Below, piece by piece: positions 15,401 to 26,700 of a stretch of 64,000 nucleotides of DNA; positions within the stretch are counted from its first letter, which is position 1; each line of letters starts with the position of its first letter. The stretch comes from Paragordius varius (taxonomy: Eukaryota > Animalia > Nematomorpha), in assembly GCA_964247055.1 (NCBI GenBank), contig OZ176057.1, positions 5,766,001 to 5,830,000 of the forward strand, in the 5' to 3' direction. The notes below the pieces were generated by a model. The model had not been told where the DNA came from and made no database searches. It was given only the letters and a program-made list of their open reading frames with translations. Made by a program: the position numbers and the translations under genes.

Positions 15401-15728
15401 ATAGAGGGTGAATTTGAATTGTTCGAGGGTGAATTTGAATTGTTCGAGGGTGAATTTGAATTGTTCAAGGGTGAATTTGAATTGTTTAAGAATGAAATTG
15501 AATTGTTCAAGGGTGAATTTGGATTTCAAAGGTGAATTTGAATTGTTCAAGGGTGAATTTGAATTTCAAAGGTGAATTTGAATTGTAAATGGTATATTAA
15601 ATTACCTTTTCGCCCAAAAACATTCAGAAATGAATTTAAAACAGCTGATGTTGTCAGAGTAGATTTCAAGGGGACATTTATTAGGGTATTTGATTGCCCC
15701 ATATTTTTCCCAGGTGTTGTTTGATTTT
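3322..15728 (-). CDS. Low-complexity (S/N/E/K/T-rich) C-terminal tail, exons 12-19, continuing the SDR-like gene
   Basis: Exons 15728-15606, 13636-13520, 11153-10752, 10348-10025, 8074-7955, 6373-6284, 5096-4668 (all phase 1-1, lengths multiples of 3) and terminal exon 3860-3322 (ends ...MTIINA*). The full model totals 4419 nt = 1472 aa + stop. Linkage to the SDR exons is inferred from phase and strand only. Confidence 0.65.
4294..4574. mobile_element. MITE family A copy
   Basis: TA|CAGTAAAAATTAAAATTATAAGGACAAAACG ... CGTATAATTTCAGATTTTACTG|TA. Confidence 0.85.
8051..8800. repeat. About 5 diverged tandem units (period 173-188 bp): exon-16 5' fragment + acceptor + MITE A arm
   Basis: TTTCAGAATTTTGTTCA at 8051, 8224 and 8405, with more degraded units near 8590 and 8770. 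Confidence 0.8.
9206..9963. mobile_element. Foldback MITE family B composite with about 11 tandem 21-bp subunits (AATTCAAATTCACCCTTGAAC)
   Basis: Array at 9266-9496, inverted arms at about 9700-9960, and the B core AAATAAATTATGTGTTTTCGGG...AATATAACTCATCATTAATATG. Confidence 0.8.
11180..12800. repeat. About 2.5 tandem copies (about 500-630 bp) of a B-MITE + A-MITE chimeric unit
   Basis: GAACTGTAAATGGTATTTTA...TTTTTTGTAAG near 11600, 12095 and 12725; GACCGCCCCATGCCATTTAAATC at 11728 and 12272. Confidence 0.75.
13646..14046. mobile_element. Foldback MITE family B copy
   Basis: TA|CCATTTACAGTT...21-mer array...TGTAAATGG|TA. Its end lies 9 nt from the start of the 13636-13520 exon. Confidence 0.85.
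15074..15592. mobile_element. Foldback MITE family B copy with expanded 21-mer arrays in both arms
   Basis: TA|CCATTTACAC ... TGTAAATGG|TA, with about 8 subunits per arm in inverted orientation. Confidence 0.88.
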
Positions 15729-16200
15729 CTAATGTATTAACTGTTATATAAAAAGATATAAAAATAAAAATTTAGATATAATAAAAATTAAATTATACGG
15801 ACAAAACGTAAAAATATAAAGACAAATATTTTTATCTAAAAAACAACCAACCATACTTTTTAAATCTAAATTAACTCATTGTTTTGTGTAACAAATTCTA
15901 ATGTATTAACTGTTATAAAAAAAGTTATAAAAATATAAAATTTAAATATAATAAAAACCTGAAATTATACGGACAAAACGTAAAAATATAAAAATAATTT
16001 TTTTCTAAAACCATACTTTTTAAGATTTATGATTTCAATATAACTCATTATGACAAATTCTAATGTATTAACTGCTATAAAAAAGATAAAAAAAAATTTA
16101 AATACAAAACCTTAAATTATACGGACAAAACGTAAAAATATAAAGACAACCATATTTTTTTCTAAAAGACAACCAACCATACTTTTTAAATCTAATTTTA
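15727..16200. repeat. Three tandem units (period 169 and 162 bp): exon-12 acceptor + MITE A arm
   Basis: TTCTAATGTATTAACTG at 15727, 15896 and 16058. Confidence 0.85.
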
Positions 16201-17173
16201 TGATTTCAATATAACTCATGTTTTGAATAGCAAAGTGTGAAATAGAGATATATAATAGTAACACAATTAATTCTATATTTTACAATTGTAACCAAGTAGA
16301 TTATTAAGATTTTAAATTTGTATGGGGTTGTCTTTTAGAAACCATATTTGTCTTTATATTTTTACCTTTTATCCGTATAATTTCAATTTTTAGTGTATTT
16401 TAAAACAACAAAATAGAAAAATGTGTAAAAACTAAATTTTAAAAACCCATATTTAATAATAATAAATCTAATTTATTATATATTCTATCATTTTACAATA
16501 AGAAAAGAAATGTATATATTACAGTAAAAATTGAATTTATACGGACAAAACGTAAAAATGTTTAAAGACAAATTATCTAAAATATTTAATTAGGCCTGAA
16601 AAATAAATTGATTGTGTTACCAATCCATGCTTTTAAATTTAGAAAAAAAAAGTTATAATTACAAAAAAATAAGATTCAAAAAAGTATGGGGTTGTCTTTT
16701 AGAAAATAATATTAGTCTTTATATTTTTACGTTTTGTCCGTAAAATTTCAACTATAATCAAAAAAGGTTTTACAGTAAAAAATATAATATGTCCTTAAAT
16801 TTAAAATAAAACAAATAATGACATAAATTGCTTTAGATATTAAAATAATAAAACATATTAACTATTCAAAATTGAAATAATAATCAACCAAAAAAATACT
16901 GTTTTAAATCAAAAATTTAATGTAAGCCATATTTCATTACAATTAGCCTAATTTAATTAAATTAAATTACATGAATTTAGCAATAATCAATAATTTTTTC
17001 ATATTAAAAACCCTTAATTTAATATAGCCGAGATTTTAACATTTTTAATAAAAATATGTATAAAATTTTACCATTAAAATTAAAAATAAATAAAAAACCT
17101 AAAAATAATCTAAATTTTTAAATAACTTAACCCAAAAAATATTTTTTATTTTATAAATTATTAAAAGATTTAC

Positions 17174-18137
17174 CTGTTGGCAATTGAAACGAATTGTTAA
17201 AACAAAAAATAATCAATTCTTTCGTCATTTCCGATATGGTTTGATGTAATTCTCTTGGGATTATTCTAAGAATTTCACGCATCTATAGAAAAATAAAATT
17301 TATTATAAAATTTACAATTCAAATTTGAAATTTAAATTCACCCTCAAATAAATTATATGTTCTCTAAGATTAAAACTTACCTATATTTATATATGTTTTT
17401 ACAAAAACAAAGTTTTATTTTAAATCAAAATAATACTGAATATATAATAAACTATGCGCCATAAAGATATATTTTATGATGATAATGAGTTGTATTAGTT
17501 TGAAAACACATAATTTATTTTTAGGGTGAATTTAAATTGTTCAAGGGTAAATTTGAATTGTTCAAGGGTAAATTTGAATTGTTCAAGGGTGATTTTGAAT
17601 TATAAATGGTATATATATAATAATTTTTGATTATATATCGGTAATTGCATTATTTTAAGAGTTAAAAATGATATTTTTGCGCAGTTTAAATTAAAATATG
17701 TGTTATATTTCTTAGAATTTACCCGATAATTTGAACAAATCAAGTCAGGAACTGTGGCATTAGGATTTATGCTGTAAATTGGAAATGTATTCTTTTGTAT
17801 CTCCTTAACTATATCCCCAAGTTTCAAATTGCTTGGATTTTGGAGTATATTTAAGCCTAAAGGTAATATATATATATATATTTAAGCCTACAGATAAGAT
17901 ATATATATATATATATATATGTTTATATATATTGCTAGAAAATTATTAATTAATTATTGCTGTTAAATAGCATAGAATATGCAGTAAAGAGAATTATTAT
18001 TGGGGCTAACTTATAGAAATAGTAAAAAGTGAAAAAAATATAACTGTAAGCCAATAAAACTGCCCCCTTTGTTATATATATGCCATTTGGTGGCAATAAT
18101 TAATAATTTTCTAGCTATGTATATACTTACTCTCATA

Positions 18138-18176
<39 letters not shown>

Positions 18177-20658
18177 TATAGAGAATAAAGTGATATTGAA
18201 GGGGTTCATTAATTGTATGTGTAATTAATTATATGATTTGAACAGAAAAAAGTTAGAAATATTATAAGGGTTAGTTGGGTTTATGTTGGCTTATTACCAC
18301 ATATTTTTTGGTAAAACACAAAATTTATCAATTATTTAAAATCATTTTTTTTTAAAAAAAAAAGTTATATTATTATAATCAAATTTTTCCATTGTATGTT
18401 TGATTTTAATTTGATTGAACCCTATTTAAATTCAATTTTACAAAGATTATATAACTTTCTAGATTCTTCAAACAGCAATATTTTTTCAAGCAAACGCAAC
18501 AATTTTTCATTCAATAGCAAGCAATATTTTTTCAAGCAAATACAACTGAAAAATTAATCCGTTTGGTTGAAAAATGTCGCCTTTTTTGGCTGAGGAGTAT
18601 GTTTATGTATTATGGGGTTAATCCCCTACCCCTCCCTTGCGCTCTATAAAAACAGATTCTTGTTGGAAAAAAACATGGATCATTTTCCAAATCACAACTC
18701 TTTTCAAAATTACAAGCAAATTTATATATTTTTGTAAAACACTGAACAATTAAAACTTAAATTATTATTGTTATGATCAAAACGCTAGCCCATTATAAAA
18801 CAGAAAAATATCATTAAATAAACTATATATATGTATATATAATTGCTTTACTTGCAGTCTTAGCCGCACTGATATTGGGTTGACCTGTACCAACATTATT
18901 GATATTAAACCATTGTTCCACATTATAGAATATACTGCTGTTAGAGGCAGGATTTTGAGTCCCAAATTCTTTAGCATTTCCATCACGGTTTCCCCCATCA
19001 ATTTCATCCATGATGTTTTGGGTATTTTGGGGTGGGGAAGAAAAAAACCAAGATTTTAGTAAACTTGCTATAAAATTATTATTGTTTGCATTATTCGTAG
19101 CTGTTCCTGTTGTATTGTCCTCCTTAATATCTGTTTTTCCTTCTTCTGTATTGTCTTCACAAATTTCTGCCGCCTCCTGTTTATTTCCTTCCTCTATTTT
19201 TTTATCTGTCAAAGTTTGACAAGATTCAGGCAAATTTTGTTGTTCCGTATTCTCTGCATTAGACTGGACATTTTTTTCTATGGTTTTTGGTTTATCATCC
19301 CTAAAAATATGGTAATAGATGAGTTTTTGTGTTATATCATTAAATTTTTTTATAAAACTTTCAATATATATATATATATATATAAATATATAAAACAATG
19401 AAACAACATTTTTGTTGAAATATAGGGGAAAAATATTTATAATTGCAACCGTTTGTTGTTTTTACCATACATTACTGTAATATAAAAAAGCAGACGATTT
19501 TTTTTCCTATGTTAACTAATATTTTATATCCAACTTGATTATGTTTGTGACACGTTACAACAGCTTATTTTTAATTTTCCAAATAATTGAGAATAAAATT
19601 TTTAATTTTTCTCTGGGTAATATTTTGCAACAATCAAAATATGTTATACGTATTTAAATATTTAACTATGCTAAACTTTTCATTCGAATCCTGGCATTTG
19701 GGTACATCTCCGTTTTTATCCACCTTCTCTGTTAAATTTTTTTCGGGGGGTGCTTTGTTAGAGTTGTTTTCTGCCTTTGGAGGGAGTCCATTTAAAAACA
19801 CTGGGGTCGGTCGATGCAAAGAGGCATATTTCAACTCTTTATGTGCAATCTGAGCTATTTCTTTCATAGTTGCTGAGCGGTTGTTTAAAATTATCCGCAT
19901 ATCTTTGAACGCGCAAAAAAATATATAGAATTGTCAAATTTCACCCAATTCGTAGATTGGAAAAAAAATATTATGTAGCTGTTAGATGTTTGGGGAAAAT
20001 ATCAAATATATAACTTTAATTTGTAATAAACACATTAAATATTGTTAATATGTATTGAAATGTTTCGAAAATTTTAATATCAAATATAACTTATGTGATA
20101 AATACATAATAGAGTTGAAGATCATAAACAGGCAAAATGTAAAACATAATGACAAATATAATTGTTTTTCAATCACCTCCTTACTTTTTTTAAATCTTAA
20201 TTTTTTCTAAATAAACTACCTAATATAATTTGAAATATATTTATAGTTGAGTGTGTTACCACAGTTTACATATCTATTACCTATTTTGTTAAACTAAACT
20301 ATAAGTAATAATTTTTAAAATCAAGTTTTAAAATGCATGGTTGACTTTCTTTTGAAAAAAAATAATTGTATCGTTACATTTTAACATTTTGTCGGAGTGT
20401 ACATTTTAATTTTTACTGATAATTCTCAATTTTTGGCTTACTATAAATCGATAATAATATATGTTTGCATAATTTCAAAAATATCTTTAAACTTAATATT
20501 TTATTCAAAAAGAAAGTTTATAATAAGAGCTTACTTGAAACAAGGGGGCACATTAGAGCTGCATAATGAGATATGGCGACATCCCTCACATCAATAATGT
20601 TTAAGGCTAATTTTGACACGGAATTACTTAGAACATCTTTTTTCAACAATTTACGTAT

Positions 20659-20712
<54 letters not shown>

Positions 20713-23700
20713 AAAAAAATGTTTATTCAAATTTATTTAGATTTTTTATTTTAAAAATCAAATAATAGAATATATATATATATATATATATATATTAGAT
20801 ATATAACCATTTACACAAATCACCCTTAAACAATTCAAATTTAAATTCACCCTTGAACAATTAAAATTCACCCATTCAACACCCTTAAACAATTTATATC
20901 ACCCTTGAACAATTCAAATTCACCCTCATTCGAATTCACCCCCTAAAATAAATTATTTATGTGATTTTAAGATTAAAAATCACCTTAATTTTATAATATT
21001 TTCAAAAACATGAAATTATCTTTAAAATCAATATAATGTTGAACAAATAATAATTTATTTTTAGAGTGAATTTCAATTTTGTTCAAGGGTGAATATGAAT
21101 TGTTTGAGGGTAAATTTGAATTGTAATTGGTATATTCAAGAAATTTTAACAAGTTAATGCAATTAAAATAGTTAATAAGTAATATATATATATATATATA
21201 TATATATAACATTTACATTCTAAATTCACCCTCATTCAAATTATCCCTAATATAAATTATATGTCATTACCTTTCTTTTATAATATTTTTAAAACATGAA
21301 ATTATCGCTAAAATTAACATAATGTTGAACAAATAATAATTTATATTTAGTGTGATTTTAAATTGTTCAAGGGGGTGAATTCGAATTGTTCAAGGGTGAA
21401 TTTGAATTGTTGAGGGGGAATTCAAGAAATTTTAACAAAATAAGTAATATATATATATGCCATTTAAAATTTAAAGCACCCTTAAACAATACAATTCACC
21501 TTGAAATAAATTATATATTTTTCAAGATTTTTCAAAATTACTTTTTAATGTTGATCAAATAATAATTTATTTAGGGTGAATTCGAATTGTTCAAGGGTGA
21601 ACTTCAATTTTGTTCAAGGGTTTCGATTTGTTCAAGAGTGGTTCGCCTTGTTCAAGGGTAATTGAATTGTTCAAATGGTATATTTAACATTAAAAAACTT
21701 GATTAAATGATAAAATTTAGATTATATATATCGATTAATCAAACAAACCTCAAAACCGATATAATCAAAATTTTGATAGATTGAAGGTCCCATCATAAAC
21801 ACAGGATTTAGAATTACAATATCAAAATCTGTCGGTTTTATCCAATCATCTGGTCTTTTTTCACCCATACAGGAATCATTTACGTCTTCTAAGCAAAAAA
21901 ATGAATACAAAATAATTAAAATTCTTTGAATTTTTATTCAAATAATAATTAAAATTACAGTAAAAATTGAAATTATATCAATGGACAAAATGTAAAAATA
22001 TAAAGACAAATATATTTTTTTTGCTAAAAAACAACCAACCATACTTTTTGATTTATGATTTCAATATTTATAACTCATTGTTTTAAATGGCAAAGTGTGA
22101 AATAGATATATATATTACTAACACAATCAAATCTATATTTTACATTGTAACTAAATCGCTTATCTGGGAAACATTAAGGTTTTAAAAATATAGTTGTCCT
22201 TTAGAAAAAAATATTGGTCCTTATATTTTTACATTTTGTCCGTAAAATTTCAATTTTCATTAAAATTATCCTTTGAACTTTTATTTTAATAATAATTTTT
22301 AACAGTAAAAATTAAAATTATGACAAAGTTAAAAATATAAAGACACAATTTTTTTCATTTTAAATATAACGATACTTTTTTAAACCTTTATTTTTTTATC
22401 ATATAAATTATGAGAATATATATATATATACATATCTATTTCATAATTTGTAATTTTTAAATAATGTTTAACATTAAGGGTGTCGGTTAGAAAAAAAGAT
22501 TTGTCTTTATATTTTAACGTTTTGTCCGTATAATTTCATTACTGTAAAATTAAAATGGGCGCTATTTCGATTGAAAAAATGAAAAATATTTATTTTATAA
22601 ACTTTGCTATAAATATAATTAGAAGTGAACATCGTTAATATAAAGACCCCTATTATATCACTTAATATTTTAAATACAACTACCTAAATCTAGTAGCGTA
22701 TGTTATCAAAGAATAAACGGTTAAAATTAGACAATTACATCCCTATGTTTTAACATTAATTTTGTATATAAAAACATGAACAATACTTTTTATATGGTAT
22801 ACGGTACTGTAATAGGCGCCAAATTAAAAAAAAAACATTGAGGTAATCCAGTATAATCGAATTTATTACGCAAAATAAAATTCGAAATATACCATTTACA
22901 ATTCAAATTCACCCTTGAACAATTCAAAATCACCCTCCAACAATTCAAATTCACCCTAAAAATAAATTATGTGTATTCGGAATAATATAATTTATTATTA
23001 ATATGAAATATATTTTTACGACATATTATATTATTTTTCAGAATTATATTAATTTTAACCGGAATTTCATATTTTAAAAATTTTATAAAATAAAAGTAAT
23101 TTTTAATCTTAAAAAACAAACAATTAATTAGGGTGAATTTGAATTGTTCGAGGGTAAATTAGAATTGTTCAAGGCTGAATTTAAATTGTTTGAGGGTGAA
23201 TTAGAATTGTTTGAGGGTGAGTTTGAACTGTAAATGGTATAAATTAGTAAAGTTTGATAAAATATTTTAATTACCAGATTTATGGAGAGTTTCATACAGT
23301 TTGGTTTCACATCTTGTCATTGCCTTAATCAAGGGTGACATCATCAAGCTGTTATTATCCTTAGATGTCGTATTTATTAGAGTGTTCCAATCTTGTTCAG
23401 TATATTCTTTACCTTCTACAATACTATTCCCATTCCCTAAAAGAAATTTTTTTATAATTTGATATTAAGTTTTTTTTAATATTAAAATTACATTCTTATA
23501 TAAGTATATAATTAAAAAAGGGGCATTTAACATGCATCTCTTTGAATCAATATGTGCGACCCAAAATTTTAGTAAAATAAAATGTCTTAAACAAATTTTA
23601 GTGAAGAATAAGTTCATTTATATGTACACAATTAAAAAATCTGATATATAATGTTTTTGCATTTTACAGTCTTATGTTTGTGTTTAAAATCTTATAAAAA

Positions 23701-26700
23701 CCCAAAATCTTAGTAAAATGAAAAAGTCTTAAACAAATTTTATAAAAAATTAAGTTCATTTATATGCACACAAACAAAAAAATCTGTTATATTGTTTTTG
23801 CATTTTACAGTCTTATGTTTGTGTTTAAAATCTTATAAAATTTTATTCACGCCCATACATATATTTGAAATGACGGAATATTAGAGTTGAAACCATTTGT
23901 GTTAGACACCCCTTGTTTTTAGTAAAGTAAAAATAGCACAAATTAAAATGTAGAACATAAAACAAAAACCAACCGACCTAGTATAGTCATGAAAGATGAA
24001 GTAACTATGACACGTTTAATCTTTGCCACATAATTATCGCCTTGTTGCATTTCTTGGCAATTAATGTTTTGACATGCCTTGAGTAATGCTTTAAGACTCA
24101 GTTCTAAGCGTTCATCCAAGCTTAATAATTCTTGAGTTTCTTGAGTTTCTTCTTGAGTTTCTTGGTCAGGTTTTTGATTGTTAGGGGGTAATTCTGTGTT
24201 CGATTCTACGACGTTTGTAGTAACATTTTCTGCCTGATTAATTTCACTACCATTAATTTCTGTGCTTATATTTTGATTTTGGAGCGCATTATTTTCTTCC
24301 CGAGTAGTAAAGGTGGCGTTTTTATCCACTGCTGGGGTTTGGGTAAGATGGGTGAGATTGCAAATTACATAATTACATCCATACAGTGCACTATAATAAA
24401 AAAAAGTTTTGATTAATTTGATTTTATATAACTGGAATTGATACCGGTTCTATAGTATATATATATTTACAGAAACTTTAAAGGAAAACCAGATAGTTAC
24501 GATTTAATTTTGTTAAGAATATACCATTTACACTTTAAATTCACCCTTGAACAATTCAAATTCATCATCCTTAAATAAATTATGTTTTTTTTAATAAAAA
24601 TTAACTATATTTTGTTATATTTTAAAAAAATGAAATTTTGTTTAAAATTAAAATAATAATGAAAAAATAATAAACTATGTCATTAAGTATATTTTATATT
24701 AATAAAGAGTTATAAAAGCCGGAAAACACATAATTAGGGTGAATTTGAATTCAAGGGTGGAATTGTAAATGGCATAATATTAAATGATATTAAATGATAT
24801 TAAATGCATTTTCAATCACATGATATATATTTAACTAATTAAATTTTATCATTTATAATTTTTCATGATAGTATTGATTTAACTCTTAGAAATTTTTGAG
24901 CAGACGGTTTAAAATGTGAGTTTTTATCTAAATTGTTTATGAATAATTTGTAATATGAATTTAGAACACATGATAATAGTTTAATACTATATATGAATAT
25001 TTCGGTTATTCTATTTTTAAGTCAAAAGCAACATATTGTCAAGCAGGGACAACATTTTAGTTTCCTTTGAATGAAAAATGTTGCGTTTGCTAAAAAAATG
25101 TTGCGTTTGCTTAGAAAAGGGGTTGCTTAGTATAATTAAATAATACTAATTCACCATAATATTTGAATCTTTGGAGGTATTTTTTTCAACTTTTAAGTAC
25201 TTTATTATTAGTATAGACACACATAGCTTTTATCAGTTAATAATACCAAAATAATTAAAATTATTAACATAGTTTTTATAACAGAAATCCAAACCCTTAT
25301 TTTTTTATTAATTGAAAATTAACATTCCAATTCATTTAAAATAAATTGCTTTTTTATAAAACTTCATTCGAAATAAAAAAATTTAACCAAAACAATTATG
25401 CAAATATAAACATTCGGCATGCATTATTTATTGTTTTAAGATTTGTAGACAAATAAAATACCTCTCCCACGCTAATTATAATTAACGCAAAAAAAACTGT
25501 TTTCATAAACCATATATACTTTCATAATGTGTAATTTGATATGATGCTAATTATTTTTACGTTTAAAATCACGTTTTCTAAGTTAGGTAAGAATAACCAT
25601 TAGCAGACAAAATTCGCCTTATAAGTTACTTGATTCTAAAAAAAATTATTCTTAATTCCAACGCTTATTGATTGCATTAAACATTTTAACTATTCCAACA
25701 TATATCCTAAGATAATAAATTTTAATGAATCTGATTAAAAGCTCTTTAAGTACTAAAAGTATATATTTAAAGATAAAAAATTTATGAATGTATGTATATA
25801 CTTTTCCCATTCTTGGCATTTAGTGGTATTGAACCAAGGTAAGATGCGTAATAAGTTTTTAAGTTTGAGCTCATTGAGGTAAAAACCATCAGACGCATTT
25901 TCCAAATTCTCAGAAGCGAATCCCGTCCTAACTTGAATTAATTGTTCCACAAAGTTTTCACAAACCATTTTGGCACAGGTGTAAGGTTGTTCATTTGCAA
26001 CGGTAGAAATAGTATTATTAAGTATTTCATATTTCGCACTGCTTTCAGGTAAAATGAAGGCTTTGACCTAAAAGTAAATATGCATATTTAAATATGTATT
26101 GAAATTTGATTTATAAACTTTTTTATTATTGGTAAAGTCAAACCTTATATCCTTTGTCCAAAAAGAGATTGGTTAAATGTGCCCCCAAATAATCAGTAGC
26201 TCCCAGGATTGCAATAACTATAACATAAAATAAGAGACATTTTTATAAGTAGTAATTTACAGTATGAGTAAGTATATATTGCTAGAAAGTTATTAATCAT
26301 TGCCAAATAGCATATGCAGCATTGAGAATTATTATTGACTAATAATTGTAAAAAGCGAAAAAAATAGTAACAAGCCAATAATACTGCCCTTTGTTTTATG
26401 TGCTATTTAGCAATAATTAATAACTTTTTAGCAATGTATACTTATTCATACTGTATTTGTACAAATATATCTGGCATTTTACATCTAAAGACCAAAGATT
26501 TAGGCAAGTGAAAAAAAGTCGATAAAATAACTGCCTTTTTTTATTATTCTTACAACTAACATTTCAAAATAGATATGTATATGTATGTAATGTTGGTTGT
26601 AACGAAAAATAAAAAAAGCAATAGCATTAACGACGAGACAGGCAGGCGCAGACGAAAGGAGAAATTAAGGTTCATGAACCTTAAATGATTACATTTTTCT

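Noticed and set aside
9266-15592. Regular 21-bp repeats resembling a CRISPR array
   Set aside because: The repeats are contiguous with no unique spacers, lie in inverted MITE arms, and occur in a spliceosomal-intron genome with no cas genes.
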